Assembly: GCF_016433145.1 (NCBI RefSeq) | Contig: NC_058131.1 | Span: 27,436,774-27,500,773 of the forward strand | DNA: 64,000 nt | Source: Gracilinanus agilis | Taxonomy: Eukaryota | Direction: 5' to 3' | Shown here: positions 37,385 through 50,059 of the stretch, one piece after another | Layout of the letters: each line of letters opens with the position of its first letter | Position numbering within the stretch: position 1 is the first letter of the stretch | Made by a program: the position numbers and the translations under genes | The notes under the pieces: model-generated | Database searches by the model: none | The model's input: the letters and a program-made list of their open reading frames with translations, nothing else | What the model was told of the DNA's origin: nothing

Positions 37385-38385
37385 GCAAGAGCTGGAGAGA
37401 TATCAAAGGTACCATAGTTATTACTGAAACTTGGTGGGATGAGACCTGTGAATAGGAATATAGTTATGACAGAGAATAGGTTATTGGTTGGTCTAGGGCA
37501 GTGATGGTGAACCTTTTAGAAACAAAGTGCTCAAATTGTACCTTCACGCTGCATGTGAGCTGCCCCCTTGCCCCAGACAGGGAAGGGAGGAAGTGCTCCC
37601 ATTGGACTGCTGGGCAGAGAGGCAGGTGATGTGAGAAATGTCCTCAGGTGCGATGGAGAGGGGGAGGGAGAAACCTCCTCCAGCATTAGTGCCGTAGGTT
37701 TGCCAACATGTGTCTAGGGACTAGACCTGTGATTCCACTGCCATAGGTACCTCTCAGCAGAGGAACTCCCCTTACCATTGCAGGTTGGTATGTGTTGAGC
37801 GATTCCAAGTTCTAGAGGTACCCAGAGCCCAGAGAGGTTCATTGTCTTGCCCAGAGTCACATAGCCAAGATGTGTCAAAGGCAGAACCAGAACCCACATC
37901 TTCCTGACTCTGACATTATTTCTGTATCTACTGTACTACATTGACTCACAGTGGAAGGGTCAGTTCTGTTAAAAATGTCAAAAAGAGTGACTGGGTAGAA
38001 TAATGTTATAGTGAAACACTCTTTGTGAAGAAAACTAGGCAATAAAACAGTGAATTATGGATAGGATTTGTGTAAAGATAAATAGTGGTAGGAACATCAG
38101 CAATTTTGTAATATGCTACAGAGCACCTGGACAGAAAGGGAAATGGAAAAGGAGTCTGGGAAACAGATTACCAGCCTGACCCAGAGGCATGCTATTATAA
38201 AGATTGAGGACTTGAATTATCTAGACATCCGCAGGAGCTCACCCTTAAAACAAAAAGAGCAATGAAGTATTTCTCAACTTCCCTAACTGATGATTTTCTC
38301 CTTCAAAAGGTGGAGGAAACAGAATGTAGAAATTCTATTCTGAATCTCATTTTTGTCAACAAATTTTTGGGGAGGATAATTCTAA
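37385..38385 (+). mobile_element. L3/CR1 endonuclease remnants, interrupted by later insertions
   Basis: ITETWWDE-like motif near 37415 and DDFLLQKVEE...ILNLIFVN near 38290-38360. Confidence 0.7.
37499..37711. mobile_element. Non-autonomous hAT MITE
   Basis: Terminal inverted repeats CAGTGATGGTGAACCT / AGGTTTGCCAACATGT and a perfect 8-bp target-site duplication GTCTAGGG. Confidence 0.8.
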
Positions 38386-38941
38386 GCCAGAGTTTCTCCA
38401 GAAGTGTTACCAGGATGAGAAGAGAATTATTTGATATTTATATTAAAATTATATTACATATTTATATTAAAAGAAATTTTTCTCATAGGAGCAAAGGTTG
38501 AAGGACCTGGGAACATGCTCATGTGTCTTTAGTATTTGCATGGCTGTTCTCTTAAAGAGGAATTCAAGTTGTTCTACCTAATCCCAGAAGATGAGACCAG
38601 TTGCAATTGGTAGAATTTGCCCAAAGGCAAATTTTGGATCAACAAAAGGAACCCTGCAATAGCTGTGCCAAAGTAGAATAGATTGATTCAGGAGAGAGTG
38701 AGCTCCTCATCACTGGAGGTTCTCACACACAGGTTAGTTGAGCGCTCACCAGGGATGTTGTAGAGAGGAATTCTGCGTTCTTAAATGGTTTGGACTAGAA
38801 GGACTTCTCCAATTTCCGAGTTTCTGGGACACCATAATTCTTTTTTACAAAGTGCACAATTATAAACATCAACCCTGGAATAGGCGCTTGCCTTGCCCCT
38901 TTGTGGTCTTCCCTTTCCACCCTCTCTCCCCACATACATAC

Positions 38942-39052
38942 CTGTCTTTTTCTTCCATGTGACAAAGGCTAAAGAACAGCTCACCACTAGGATGACACTT
39001 AGCATGATGGCCAGTGCCATAGGCCAGGCCTTTTTTGTAGACTTTCCCGCGA
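38942..39052 (-). CDS. Gene D exon 5 (transmembrane)
   Basis: 111 nt, AG/GT: AGKSTKKAWPMALAIMLSVILVVSCSLAFVTWKKKT. Confidence 0.88.
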
Positions 39053-39237
39053 CTGTAGGGTGAAAGGTCAACAAGTCAATGGGGCTGGGTGAGGCAGAGG
39101 CAATAGGAGAAATCATTCAGGTGGGAACCCTTCCCCTGGGCTCTTTTTGAGTCAGGGGCAGATGGGGGATTGGGCACCCAAATCTTGTGGCTTGGCCTCC
39201 TACGTTTAGATCCAACCAACTCAACTAAATCACTCAC

Positions 39238-39516
39238 CAGGATATACAGCTGGTGATTTTAGTTCTGTATGCTCCACCACGCAAGTGTAACCAATCCCTG
39301 GGTCCCCTGGAAGGAGCTCTAGTGTTACTTGGAGGTAGAAGGTGCCATCGGCATTGGGCAGGATGCCACTGGAGCTCTCTTTCCCCCATATAGCATGCTC
39401 ATAACCTTTCTTCCAGCCGAGCAGGATGGACTGGGGATAGAAGCCTGTGGCTGTACAGAAGAGGGTAATGGTGCCACCCAGGTCATCATGACGAGACACA
39501 GTCACTTGAGGAGGCA
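39238..39516 (-). CDS. Gene D exon 4 (alpha3)
   Basis: 279 nt: PPQVTVSRHD...LFCTATGFYP...YTCVVEHTEL. Confidence 0.95.
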
Positions 39517-41446
39517 CTGAGGGAAGAATGCAAAAGAGAAGCCATCTCATCCAGAGTCCTTTAGTATCTGCTATTTCCCTTTGTCCTTATGCTCTCTTAT
39601 TTCCTTGTTTCCTTATTGGTCAGCCCTCTGCTCTAATCCCTTGCTTGTATCTAGCGGTCATATGTACCTTAAGGATCATGGCAATATTGTGTACCTCTCT
39701 CTCAGTGTCCAAGGCACTATGATCAGTAGAAATACAAGTAACATCCATTGTCCCTGATTATGCATTATAGACAAATGGAGTTCTCCTTCAATGTGAATCC
39801 AAAGGCAAAAACTAGATGGTCACTTTCCAAAATATTTTAGAGCATCAGTTCTTAACCTGGGACCAGAGATCCTCAAGGATCTATCAAGTTTGATAAGAAA
39901 AAATCCATTTTCACTCACCTCTAGGAGAAATATAGCATTTCCTTCAATTATTTAAATGATTATTCTGTGAAGTGGTTCACAGGCTTTGCCAGGTGCTAAA
40001 GAGATCTATGACATAAGAACTCTTGTTCTAGAAGGAAGGATTGTATTTTTCAGGCATGAAGTGGCCTTTGAGGTTCCTATCAACTTTTCTTTCTTTTTCT
40101 CAGAAGATGTCTAAACCAACAATAAGTGGCGATAAGCATTTGATATGACAATCAGCTCTTCTTCAGTGTTTCAGTACCCTCACAGATACATGATTCTAGC
40201 AGTATGAACATTCATTCCACAAGTGAAGACTGAACCTGCTCCATGATGATTTAGATTCATCTTCATAATTTTCGGTAGTCCAGTGAATTCATCATAAGTG
40301 GTTTAATGAATAGCCTTTCTGAACTTTTTTTTGAAGATTCTCACACTACAGATACCCCAGTCTAACCCATAGTCTTAATTCAAAGATTCTCCTCCTTGGC
40401 AGAACCAACCAGATTATCATCCCCTTAAATCACTGGTTTCTAACCCACAGGCAATGGACTCCAGAAAAGTTGCTGCTTGGGATCCATTCCATTCAATAGG
40501 GCCATTGGAAAATAGATTCAGAATTGGAAAGACCTGAGAGATCATCTTATCCAACCCTATGATTTTATAATTGAGCAAAGTGAGTTCAAGCTCACCTAGT
40601 AACAATTATCAGACCAGCTCCTCTCCCTTCAGTACATGTGCTCTTTCCACTGTAGATACTTTATTTTTTTTATTTTTGCAGGTACTTTATATAGATGGAA
40701 TAATTGTCTTACACGTGTTTATTATTTTTTGAATACATTCTCTTGAAAAAGCATTTCATCATCGGCTATGGGAAGAGCATGAATCATGTAACCATGTTAA
40801 CTTTTCTAAAAAATAAACATTATTAAATGTTAAAAAAACATTTCATTTAAATAATCACTAAATATAAAGCTCTTTGTCACGATTTCCCAAAGAAAAACTG
40901 TAATAAGTGATGGATCAAATAAACATCTGATTGTAGAGGAAGATGGATCCATTACATGATGGACTCAAGATATAAGAAATGGGTCATGCTTGATGGTAGG
41001 TCAAGAGAAAGAGGCTGGCTTCCAGGCCATTTGGAAGTTACTAAGGGATGACCTTGTGGGAAGTTCTAGAAGAGAGTTTTTAGCAGGGTGGGCTTTCACG
41101 AATGGGTTCATATAGTTCAATATTTAGAGCTAGAGGGGACCTTAGAGACCACCTACTTTGACCCCTTGATTTTGCAGATGAAGAAACTAAATCAGAGATA
41201 TTAAGGACTTACTCCGAGTCACCGAGGTCATATTTATAGAATCATAGATTTAGTTAGACAATGATTCAGATCATTGAGGTATTTGAACCTGGGTCTTCTT
41301 GACTCTAAATCTCAATGGGAGCCAGAGGTTGTACTACCTGCTAGGTTTTCTGCCTCCTGATTCCATATCTCCAGCTATACTACACAGCAGAAAGATGGAG
41401 GTGATCTGGTTTTCCTGGGAGGATATAGGGAAGAAATGGGACTCAC

Positions 41447-41713
41447 CATTCTTATGGATCCTTGAATATCTGAGAATTTTCCTCATTATATCAAAACAAT
41501 ATTTCTGCACATAGTCTCTTCTCACACTTTCCCAGAAGGGACTTTCCACAGCAGGTTTTAAAACGTAGCCCATTGGCTTCAGGAAAATCCAGTATCCTTG
41601 CTGTTCATCTCTCCGGAACAAGTCTTCACCATCCCATGCTAAATGTACATGGCTATCCACCTGGATGTCATCTTCCAGTTCACAGTCTGCATAGAGTTGC
41701 AGTGTGTGGCTTT
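41447..41713 (-). CDS. Gene D exon 3 (alpha2)
   Basis: 267 nt, AG/GT, open: SHTLQLYADC...VQKYCFDIMRKILRYSRIHKN. Confidence 0.92.
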
Positions 41714-42302
41714 CTATGGAGATAGAGAGAAATATAGTCTTCTCTGGGATTTCAAAGTGTGGGGAAGGGGTGTGAGAGAAGCTGGGGAAATTGGGGAAAT
41801 TGAGAGAGGAACCATCTCTTGTGGGTTCTTTAAAGAGGTTCCTTTCGTCAACTTTGGGGTTGATCTGCATATCGTGTGGGATTGTTTTGAAATCCATGAG
41901 AGAACTTGATACTCTTAGTCTAAAATCATGACCAAATTAGAATGGAGAGCTGACAAAATATAAGGAAGAGTAGAATTTAGATACAACTCAGCTTTTCATA
42001 TATATATATATATATTTCAAGATCTTTCCCTTTTGTATTATCTTAAAATTCATAAGTATTCAAAGGAGGGGAGAATGGATTGAATTGATTGCTTTCTGTC
42101 TCGGTGCAGTTGTAAAACATAACCACAGATGATGTGGTGTTAGGGTTAACAAGATGCTAATCCTGATGATCTCCTTCTGAATTGTGAACATCTTTCCCTA
42201 ATTGAATTAGAAGTGGGAAAGCTGTTCATGCTCTGCTCAAATTTGGTCATGCCTTTGAGACTAAATTTTTAGCTATCTATAGCTATTTTTGTGGTGTAAT
42301 AG

Positions 42303-42593
42303 TGTAAGATTAAAAACTAATATCCAATACTCCAAATATTATATTTTATAAGATTTATTAATAATCACCTGAAGTAAAGGAATAAAAGGTAATTATCTAG
42401 CAAAATAAAACCATGTGTCCAAGCTTTCCTTGCCTGTTTAAAAGAACCGCTCCACCAAAGCCACGTCAGGAAGAGAAGAGAGAGAGAGGGCAGAGATACA
42501 CAAACTTATCTTCAAAGCCTAAGGACACAATGGGGGGATGAAGGGAAAGGGATTCTGGGAGATGAAGTCCAGGGATACAAAATTCTATTTACA
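42303..42593 (-). mobile_element. Short LTR-like element
   Basis: TG...CA ends; similar to 61648-61914 (shared ataagatttattaataa and ggattctggga...tacaaaat). Confidence 0.5.
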
Positions 42594-43000
42594 CATTAGA
42601 AAGGGAAATTGAGGGATGTCCATCAATTGGGAAATGACTAAACAAGTTGTGATTTATGGTTTTAATTAAGTACTATTGTGTTGTAAGAAATGATGAGCAG
42701 GGGCAGCTAGGCAGCACAGTGGATAGAGCACCAGTTCTGGAGTAGGGAGGACCTGATTTAAATCTGGCTTCAGACACTTCCTAACTCTGTGACCCTGGAC
42801 AGGTCACTTCACCCTGATTGCCTAGCCCTTTCCACTCTTCTGTATTAGAACTGATACTAAGAAGATAAGGGTTTTAAAAAATAAGAAATGATGAGCAGAA
42901 TGGTTTCAGAAAAACATGGGAAGACTGATATGAACTGAGGCAAAATGAAAGTGAGCAGAACCAGAGGAACATTGTACACTAATACGTTTGCATGACTTAC

Positions 43001-43246
43001 TTTCATTCTTGGTGTCATTTTGTTCTAAATAATGGATCAGTCTATGGAAGTTTTCTTCATGATTAAGCAACACAGTTTGCATCTTCTCACTGAAGTTGGC
43101 ACATAGGACACTGGACATCCAATCTGTCTGGTTCAGTTTGTGATAGGTGCACAAGTGAACATCATCAATAAAGGAGACCATAGTGAAGTTCAAGAGAGAG
43201 TTGCTTGTGCGCACAGCAGTGAAATAAAACTCATATCTATGTTGCC
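43001..43246 (-). CDS. Gene D exon 2 (alpha1, 5 codons shorter than its paralogues)
   Basis: ttcag acceptor and gtaagt donor. 246 nt, open: QHRYEFYFTAVRTSNSLLNFTMVSFIDDVHLC...EQNDTKNE. Confidence 0.88.
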
Positions 43247-46200
43247 CTGAATAATGGGATGGGAGAGAGGCAGAAAGGTTAGATGAGAATGAGTGTGTGT
43301 GTATCTATGTGCATGTCCATGAGCCCAATGTCTCTCCTTCCACCCATCCACCCTCTACTTAAATGCTATCCCTACAATTTAGAAGTCTGGGCTGTAATGT
43401 ACAGAGCCTGTCAAAGGGCAGACAACCTGGGCACATTTTCAATCAGTGCCTGCCAGACGACTGGGCACAAGTTAAGGTTCAGTAAGAGGTGTGGTGGAGA
43501 AGATGGCAAAAGCCATGGGAGAGGGGTGGCAAAGATGTGTTAGGAGTATATTTATAGTGTAAAAATGTCCTTACTGTCTTGGATGAAAGTCTACACTTTT
43601 ATCTGAATGCCTGCTTAAAATCTGTGTAGATGATCTGAAACTAGCTAGGGTCAACCATGAATACACTTTGGATTAGAAATCCAAAAGGCTTTTTAAAGGC
43701 TGTAGTGACGGATCAACTTAATGAGATGAAATTTAAACAAGTTAAACTTTTTGTCTTGCATTAGAGTTTAATAAGACTAATTGTTCAATGCAAGATGGGA
43801 AAAAAGGTGGCTTGATAGTAGCTAATGGTAAAAAAAGGTCTGGATATTTTAGCTCCTTCTCAATCTCCTCACATAAAGAAGGCAAGGAGGAGATCTGGGT
43901 GTGGGAGGTAGAAGTTTGGGGAAAAGGGAAGAGCAAAGAACTGAAGAAATGCCAAATGATTGAAGGGAGGAAATTTAGGTGCATCTGATCTTGAGAAAGG
44001 ATCAAAATGGAGAGAAAGGAGAGAAGGTTGGTGTCCTTTAATTTGTGCCAGCCACATCAATCTATTAAAGTGCTGTTGATCAGAGTTAATGAACTCAAGA
44101 TACCCAACAAGATACATTTCTGGATGTGGCCATTGTGGGAATTTGTTTTCTTTGACTGTCTTTTTGTTACAAGTTTTATTTTTCTTCTTTCTTCAGTGGG
44201 GAAAGTTAGGAGGTAAGAAGTAAAGAAAATGGCCAGATGGCATTTATATAGTGCTTTAAGGTTTGCAAAGTGTTTAACATATATATAATAAATGAAAAAT
44301 ATGCTTTTTATTTGGAAAAAAAGTAATAGCTGCTTGTGAAAAAAAGACAAGAGACTTCTATTCTAGCATAACATTGATAGTTAGAGGAGCAAGGAAAAAC
44401 CATGTATACTCCAGCTCAGGTATAGCTGAGATAAGAACTCATTCCATTGTAATATTGCCTTTGGACATGAACTTGATGGGATTGATGGTTGATAAGGACT
44501 TAGCTAAATGAACTTACTCTATCCAGAAGCTGAGGTAGTGTAGAGTAGTGGGGAGGGAATATTTGCCCATTTGTTCAATATATATATATAAAGAACAAAT
44601 GGGCACATATATATATATATATATCTATAACAAATGGGCAAATATATGAAGAACAAATATATATATATATATATAAAACCCTCACCTTCCATCTTGGAGT
44701 CAATACTGTGTATTGGCTCCAAAGCAGAAGAGTGGTAAGGGTGGGCAATGGGGGTCAAGTGACTTGCCCAGGGTCACACAGCTGGGAAGTGGCTGAGGTC
44801 AGGTTTGAATCTAGGACCTCCTGTCTCTATGCCTGGCTCTCAATCCACTGAGCTACCCAGCTGCTCCCCCTGCTGTATTTTTGAAATAAATATCCTTTTG
44901 TAAAAGCCAATTCATGTTACAGTTAGCTAGAACTGTAATCTGACAGTGCTTGGGGGTAGGATGTGGAGAAGAGAGACACATTGATGGGGGCTCAAACTAA
45001 TGAGAGAAGCTGAGAGATAAGCCTAACCTCTCAGGAGATTGTAGAACCTTAAAGGGTTATACAGCTTGCTTGATTCTTGGAGAGTAAGCCAGAGTGCACT
45101 CATTATGACTAAAGAGAATATAGAGTCAGATGACTTCTGAGGTTCTATAGTGACACTACTGTGATTCTGTGTTCTCTAGTAAATGGAATCCATTAATTCA
45201 CCAAAGTAGCTCATTCTATATTTTGGTAACTAATGGAGTTTTTCCTTACCTGAACCTAAAATTGTCTCTTTGAAACATCTATCCCCTATTCCTCATTTTG
45301 CCATCTGGGGCCAAGCTGGACAAATTTCATTTCTCTTCTACGATAAATCCTCTAAATTCTTTGGGTAAGCTGTCATATACTCCCTATGCCATCTCTTTTT
45401 TCAGGCTAGTGCCCTGGTAGTTGATCCTCACCTGGAATGAGCCAGATCAGGACCCCAGCTTCAGCCCCATTATAAACCTTTAAAATATGGCCCCTCACTC
45501 AACAAGGTACTCAGCAAGGTCTTCCATATGTGGCCTGACCAGGCTATGATACAGAGGGATTATCATCTTATTCTTGGAAGCTCTGCCTCTCTCACTGTAC
45601 TAAAAAATAACTCATTTTCTTAGCTGCTTTATCAGGGTTGATGCGAACTAATCTTGGAACCCATTAAGATCCTCAGATCTTTTTCAGTTGAATGTATGCC
45701 TAGCCACATCTACTTCATCAGCTAGATATTCTTGCTCATTTGATCTTCCCTGGCAGCTCTTCCCTCTCAGTGGTAACTCCACACTCCTTGAGCTCCTCAC
45801 TGGGCAGACAAAGGCATCCACACCCTCTCCCTTTCCCAGCTTGACCAGAGTCCTCAGGGCAAACAGTTTTTCCCTTCATTCTATTTAGAATGTCCCTGGC
45901 TGGCAGCTGAGGCTTTTCCCCTTAGTCTGTCTGATAAGTCTGCTTTCCTACTTTCAAAGCCTGTACTTATTACACTAGCCACATCTACTTCATCTTTTTT
46001 CTTTTTTTAAATACCCTCACCTTCCATCTTAGAATCAATATTGTGTATTGGTTCCAATGCAGAAGAGTGGTAAGGTCTAGGAAATTAGGGTTAAATGACT
46101 TGTCCAGGGTAACACAGCTAGGGAGTGTTTGAAGTCATATTTGAACCCAGAACCTCTCATCTCTAGGTCTGGCTCTCAATCCATTAAACCACCTAGCTGC

Positions 46201-46716
46201 CCACTACTTCCTCTTGAGGTATAAGAACTTGAGGAAATTTCTTTTTTCACATGATAGTCATTAAAATAGTGAAGGCAGTTAACCAGTTTCCCCTAAATTT
46301 TGTCTTGAGTCTAGATCTTTAGTTCCTTTTGCTGATTCTTCTACCACAGGTTCTTCTAGTGCCTCATAATCATTCAGGTTCTCTCTCTTTCTCTGGATGC
46401 TTTCCAGCTTGGTTGCATCTTTCTTCATTTGCCTCTACTTCCTTTTGCAGTGGAGCAGTTTCTTTGCTAGCAGTGTCCCCATCACTGAGACCTAAAGGAA
46501 TGTCATTTACCCCACTCACTACCTGTGAGAAAATTTTTGTTACAATTGTTTAATCATTTAGTCATGTCTGACTCTTTGTGATCTCATTCGAGTTTTTTTT
46601 TTTTTTTTTGGCAAAAATACTGGAGTGGTTTGCCATTTCCACTGTGGATAGGGTCCCCCCGTCAGATAAGGTGTCCCCTGAGGGTGGTTTGTATCTTCTT
46701 CAGACTCCTTACTCCC

Positions 46717-46946
46717 NNNNNNNNNNNNNNNNNNNNNNNNNNNNNNNNNNNNNNNNNNNNNNNNNNNNNNNNNNNNNNNNNNNNNNNNNNNNNNNNNNNN
46801 NNNNNNNNNNNNNNNNNNNNNNNNNNNNNNNNNNNNNNNNNNNNNNNNNNNNNNNNNNNNNNNNNNNNNNNNNNNNNNNNNNNNNNNNNNNNNNNNNNNN
46901 NNNNNNNNNNNNNNNNNNNNNNNNNNNNNNNNNNNNNNNNNNNNNN
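46717..46946. other. Assembly gap (N run) in gene D intron 1
   Basis: Run of N. Confidence 1.
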
Positions 46947-47158
46947 AATCAATACTATGTATTGGTTCCAAGATAGAAGAGTGGTAAATGTTAGGCCATA
47001 GGGGTCAAGTGACTTGCCCAGGATTACACAGCTAGGAAGTGTCTGAGGCCAGATTTGAACCTAGGACATACTGTTTCTAGGCCTGGATCTCAATCCACTG
47101 AGCTACCCAGCTCACCCTTCATTTTAAGTTCTCCCATCCTTTGTTTCTCTAGACTCAC

Positions 47159-47282
47159 CTGCTTGGGCCTCCAAAATCAGAGCAAACACTCCCAGGATGA
47201 GTAGCCAGGATAACAATGATCTTCCCCTTTTCTTCCATATTACTATCCTCTTTCTCAGATGACTGATGTCAGCTTCACCCAT
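47159..47282 (-). CDS. Gene D exon 1 (signal peptide; start codon uncertain)
   Basis: ...RSLLSWLLILGVFALILEAQA+G|gtgagt. The nearest in-frame ATG is at 47282 (41-aa leader); the ATG at 47238 is out of frame. Confidence 0.6.
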
Positions 47283-47503
47283 CCTAGTCACCAGGGCCTC
47301 CAGGCTTTCAAGTCTTGAACTCCTGGGAGTACCAAGATGGGAAGTGTGATTCCTTGCCAAATGCTCTCTGTCTCTTATATCTCTCCTTTGGGGATTGGCT
47401 CTGCCAAAAGTCCTTTCCTACTAGCATGTCCAGTGGGTATATTTGTTGCTAGAAAGAACCTGCCCTTGCCTGGCAGACATAAGAATGGAAGTGAGATTGA
47501 GCT

Positions 47504-47523
47504 TGTGGTAAGGACAGGAAACC
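47504..47523. promoter_or_regulatory. Conserved RUNX+ETS-like promoter motif, gene D
   Basis: TGTGGTAAGGACAGGAAACC. Confidence 0.5.
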
Positions 47524-47987
47524 TTCAAGAGGCATTGTTGGGGAGTCCCCAGTCCCCTGTAGCACAGTGCCATTGGCACACTCGGGGAACCTAACTATTA
47601 TTGGAAACAAGTTGAATTTGGGAAGTTTGAAAGGCAACATCCACCTTTAAGGAGTTCCAGTCAGATGGAAGACAGCCTGGTCCTCCGGAAGCCTCTGGGA
47701 GACAGTCCCTGCTCTCCAATAGCCCACATTCTCATGGGACAGAGTATCTATCTTTAGGAGGGGATCCCTGCCTTGAAAGCTTACGCGGTTTCAGATTAAT
47801 TTTACTACTAGTGATTGTCTCCTTGATAAAGGCTTCTCGTGTTGCTGGCTTATGTTTCAGGCTGCCTCCTCAGATCTGCTGACATCCTGAAATCTTGTTG
47901 TCTCTCTGGCTTCTCAGAACTCCACATCTCAGACTCAGCACAGCAGCAACCTCTCCTACCCATCATGGTCAGCAGCCACCATGATAG

Positions 47988-48616
47988 CCCAGCAACCATT
48001 TCGAAGGGACTTGAAGTAGGCATTGATCTTGGCAACACATTCCCATGTGGAAATTGTCCAACAAGGGAAAGTGGAGCTCAGCACTAATGAGCAGGGAAAA
48101 AGGGTTGCCCCAAGGCACGTCCCCTTTACCAACCCAGAACGTTTAAGTATCCTCAATGTGTCTGCTGAGGATAAGAGCCCAGGCAAGGAAAAGACCACCA
48201 TCACTCGTGACAAAGGTCATCTGAGCAAAGAAGAAATTGAGGGGATGGTTCAGGAGGCTGAGAAATACAGGGTTAAAGATGAGAATCAGAGAGATAAGGC
48301 ATCTTCCCAGAACTTACGTGAATCTTATCCTTCCATGAAGGCTGCAGTAGAAGATGAGAAACTCCAAGGCAAAATTGGTAATGAAAGCAAACAGAAGATC
48401 CTTGGCAAAGGTAACAAAACAATCAACTGGCTAGATAAGAACCAGACTGCTGAGAAAGAAGAATTTGAGCATCAGCAGACAGAATTGGAGAAGGTTGGCA
48501 ATTCCATCATTACTAAGCTGTACCAGAGCGTAGGGGACATTCCAGTGGGAGGCATGCCAGGTGGGTTCCCAAAGGGGGAACAGGTCCATTCAGAGGAGAG
48601 CGCACTCAGGGAGTAA
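47988..48616 (+). pseudogene. HSPA8: Processed HSPA8 (Hsc70) pseudogene with a large internal deletion
   Basis: cccagcaacc-ATT (start codon lost), [11 protein letters not shown]...QQGKVE...FTNPERL, fused to [10 protein letters not shown]...[16 protein letters not shown]...[39 protein letters not shown]. No introns. Confidence 0.93.
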
Positions 48617-50059
48617 GGGATAAGAAGCCTGGAAAGGTGGGATGGAGAAGCTTTGAACTCCAAAGATCAGATTTTGTATTTGTTCTTAGAGGTGCAAGAG
48701 AACTACTGTAGTTTCTTTTTTAAAAAATTAATTAATTAAATTAACTTAGAATATTTTTCCATGCTTCCATGATTCATATTCTTTCCTCCCCCCTCCTGTA
48801 GCCAATGAGCAATTCAACTGGGTTTTACATATATCATTGATCGAGACCTATTTCCATATGATACTAATGTAGTTTCTGGAGTAGAGGAGATGACATGGCC
48901 AGACCTAAATTTTAGGAAAATCATCCTGGTCACTGAAAAGAGGAAACATTGGAGAAGGGGAGACCTGAGGCAGGAAGACCTACCAGCAGGCTATTATAAT
49001 AGTTCAGGCATGAGGTGATTACCTGCACCAAGGTAGGTAGTATGAGAAGAAAGGAGAGGATATATTGGAGAGATGTTGCAAAGGTGAAACGGATGGATCT
49101 TGGCTACCGATTAGATATGGGGGAAGGTGGGAGATAGTGAGAAGTCGCATGACTCCTAGGTTTTAAGCTGAGGGACTGGAGGGTGGGGATGGCGTTGCTC
49201 TCACTAGTAATAGAGAAGGTAGGGTTTAGGAAGAAAGATAATGAGTTCCATTTTGGACATGTTGAATTTAAGATGTCCACTGGAAATCCAGTTCAAGATA
49301 CCTGAAAGGAAGGAACTTGTGTACTGGAGTGAAAATGATGAAAACCTGGCATGGAACTGATCATCTCATCTTTGAGCTTGAGATAAAAGAGAGAAGGCTG
49401 AGCACTCCCTGACATGCACTCAGATTTAGAGCCTGGAGATTTCAAAGGCTCAAAAAAAGGATAATTGGGATGATACAGACCAAAATTCTTCAAGAGATAT
49501 AAACTCAGGGACGTGGGAAATTTTAAAGAGTAAAAGTCAGAGGAAACAAAGAGCAATATTTTCAAGGAAAAGGAAAAAGGATAAGTTGTTAGATAAATGT
49601 GGACACATTAAAAAAATTCAACAGCCATCTTGGATTTATAAACGATATGGTTGGAAGAAGGTGTGTCGCACTGAATGAAAACTAAAGTATGGCATATGCT
49701 TATAAGAATAATGGCATAAACAGGAAAACCTAGAATGAGTTGAGACTATACTCAAAGTAATTAAATGGGTGTTTTCTAATTTTTATTTTTAAAATCCTTA
49801 CCTTCTATCCTAGAATCTATACCAAGTTTTGATTTTAAGGCACAGAAGAGCAGTAAAAGCTAGGCAATTTAGGTTCGGTAACTTGCTATGGTTCACATAG
49901 CTAGGAAGTATGTCAGGCTGTATTTGAACCCAGGACTTCTTGTCTCCGGGTCTGGCTCTCTGTCTCCTGAATCACCTAGCTGCCATAAAGGGTGGTTTTT
50001 AAAAAAAAGGTATATTAGGAAAAAGAAAAAAGGAGAAGGCCATTGCTTAAGGGATGATA

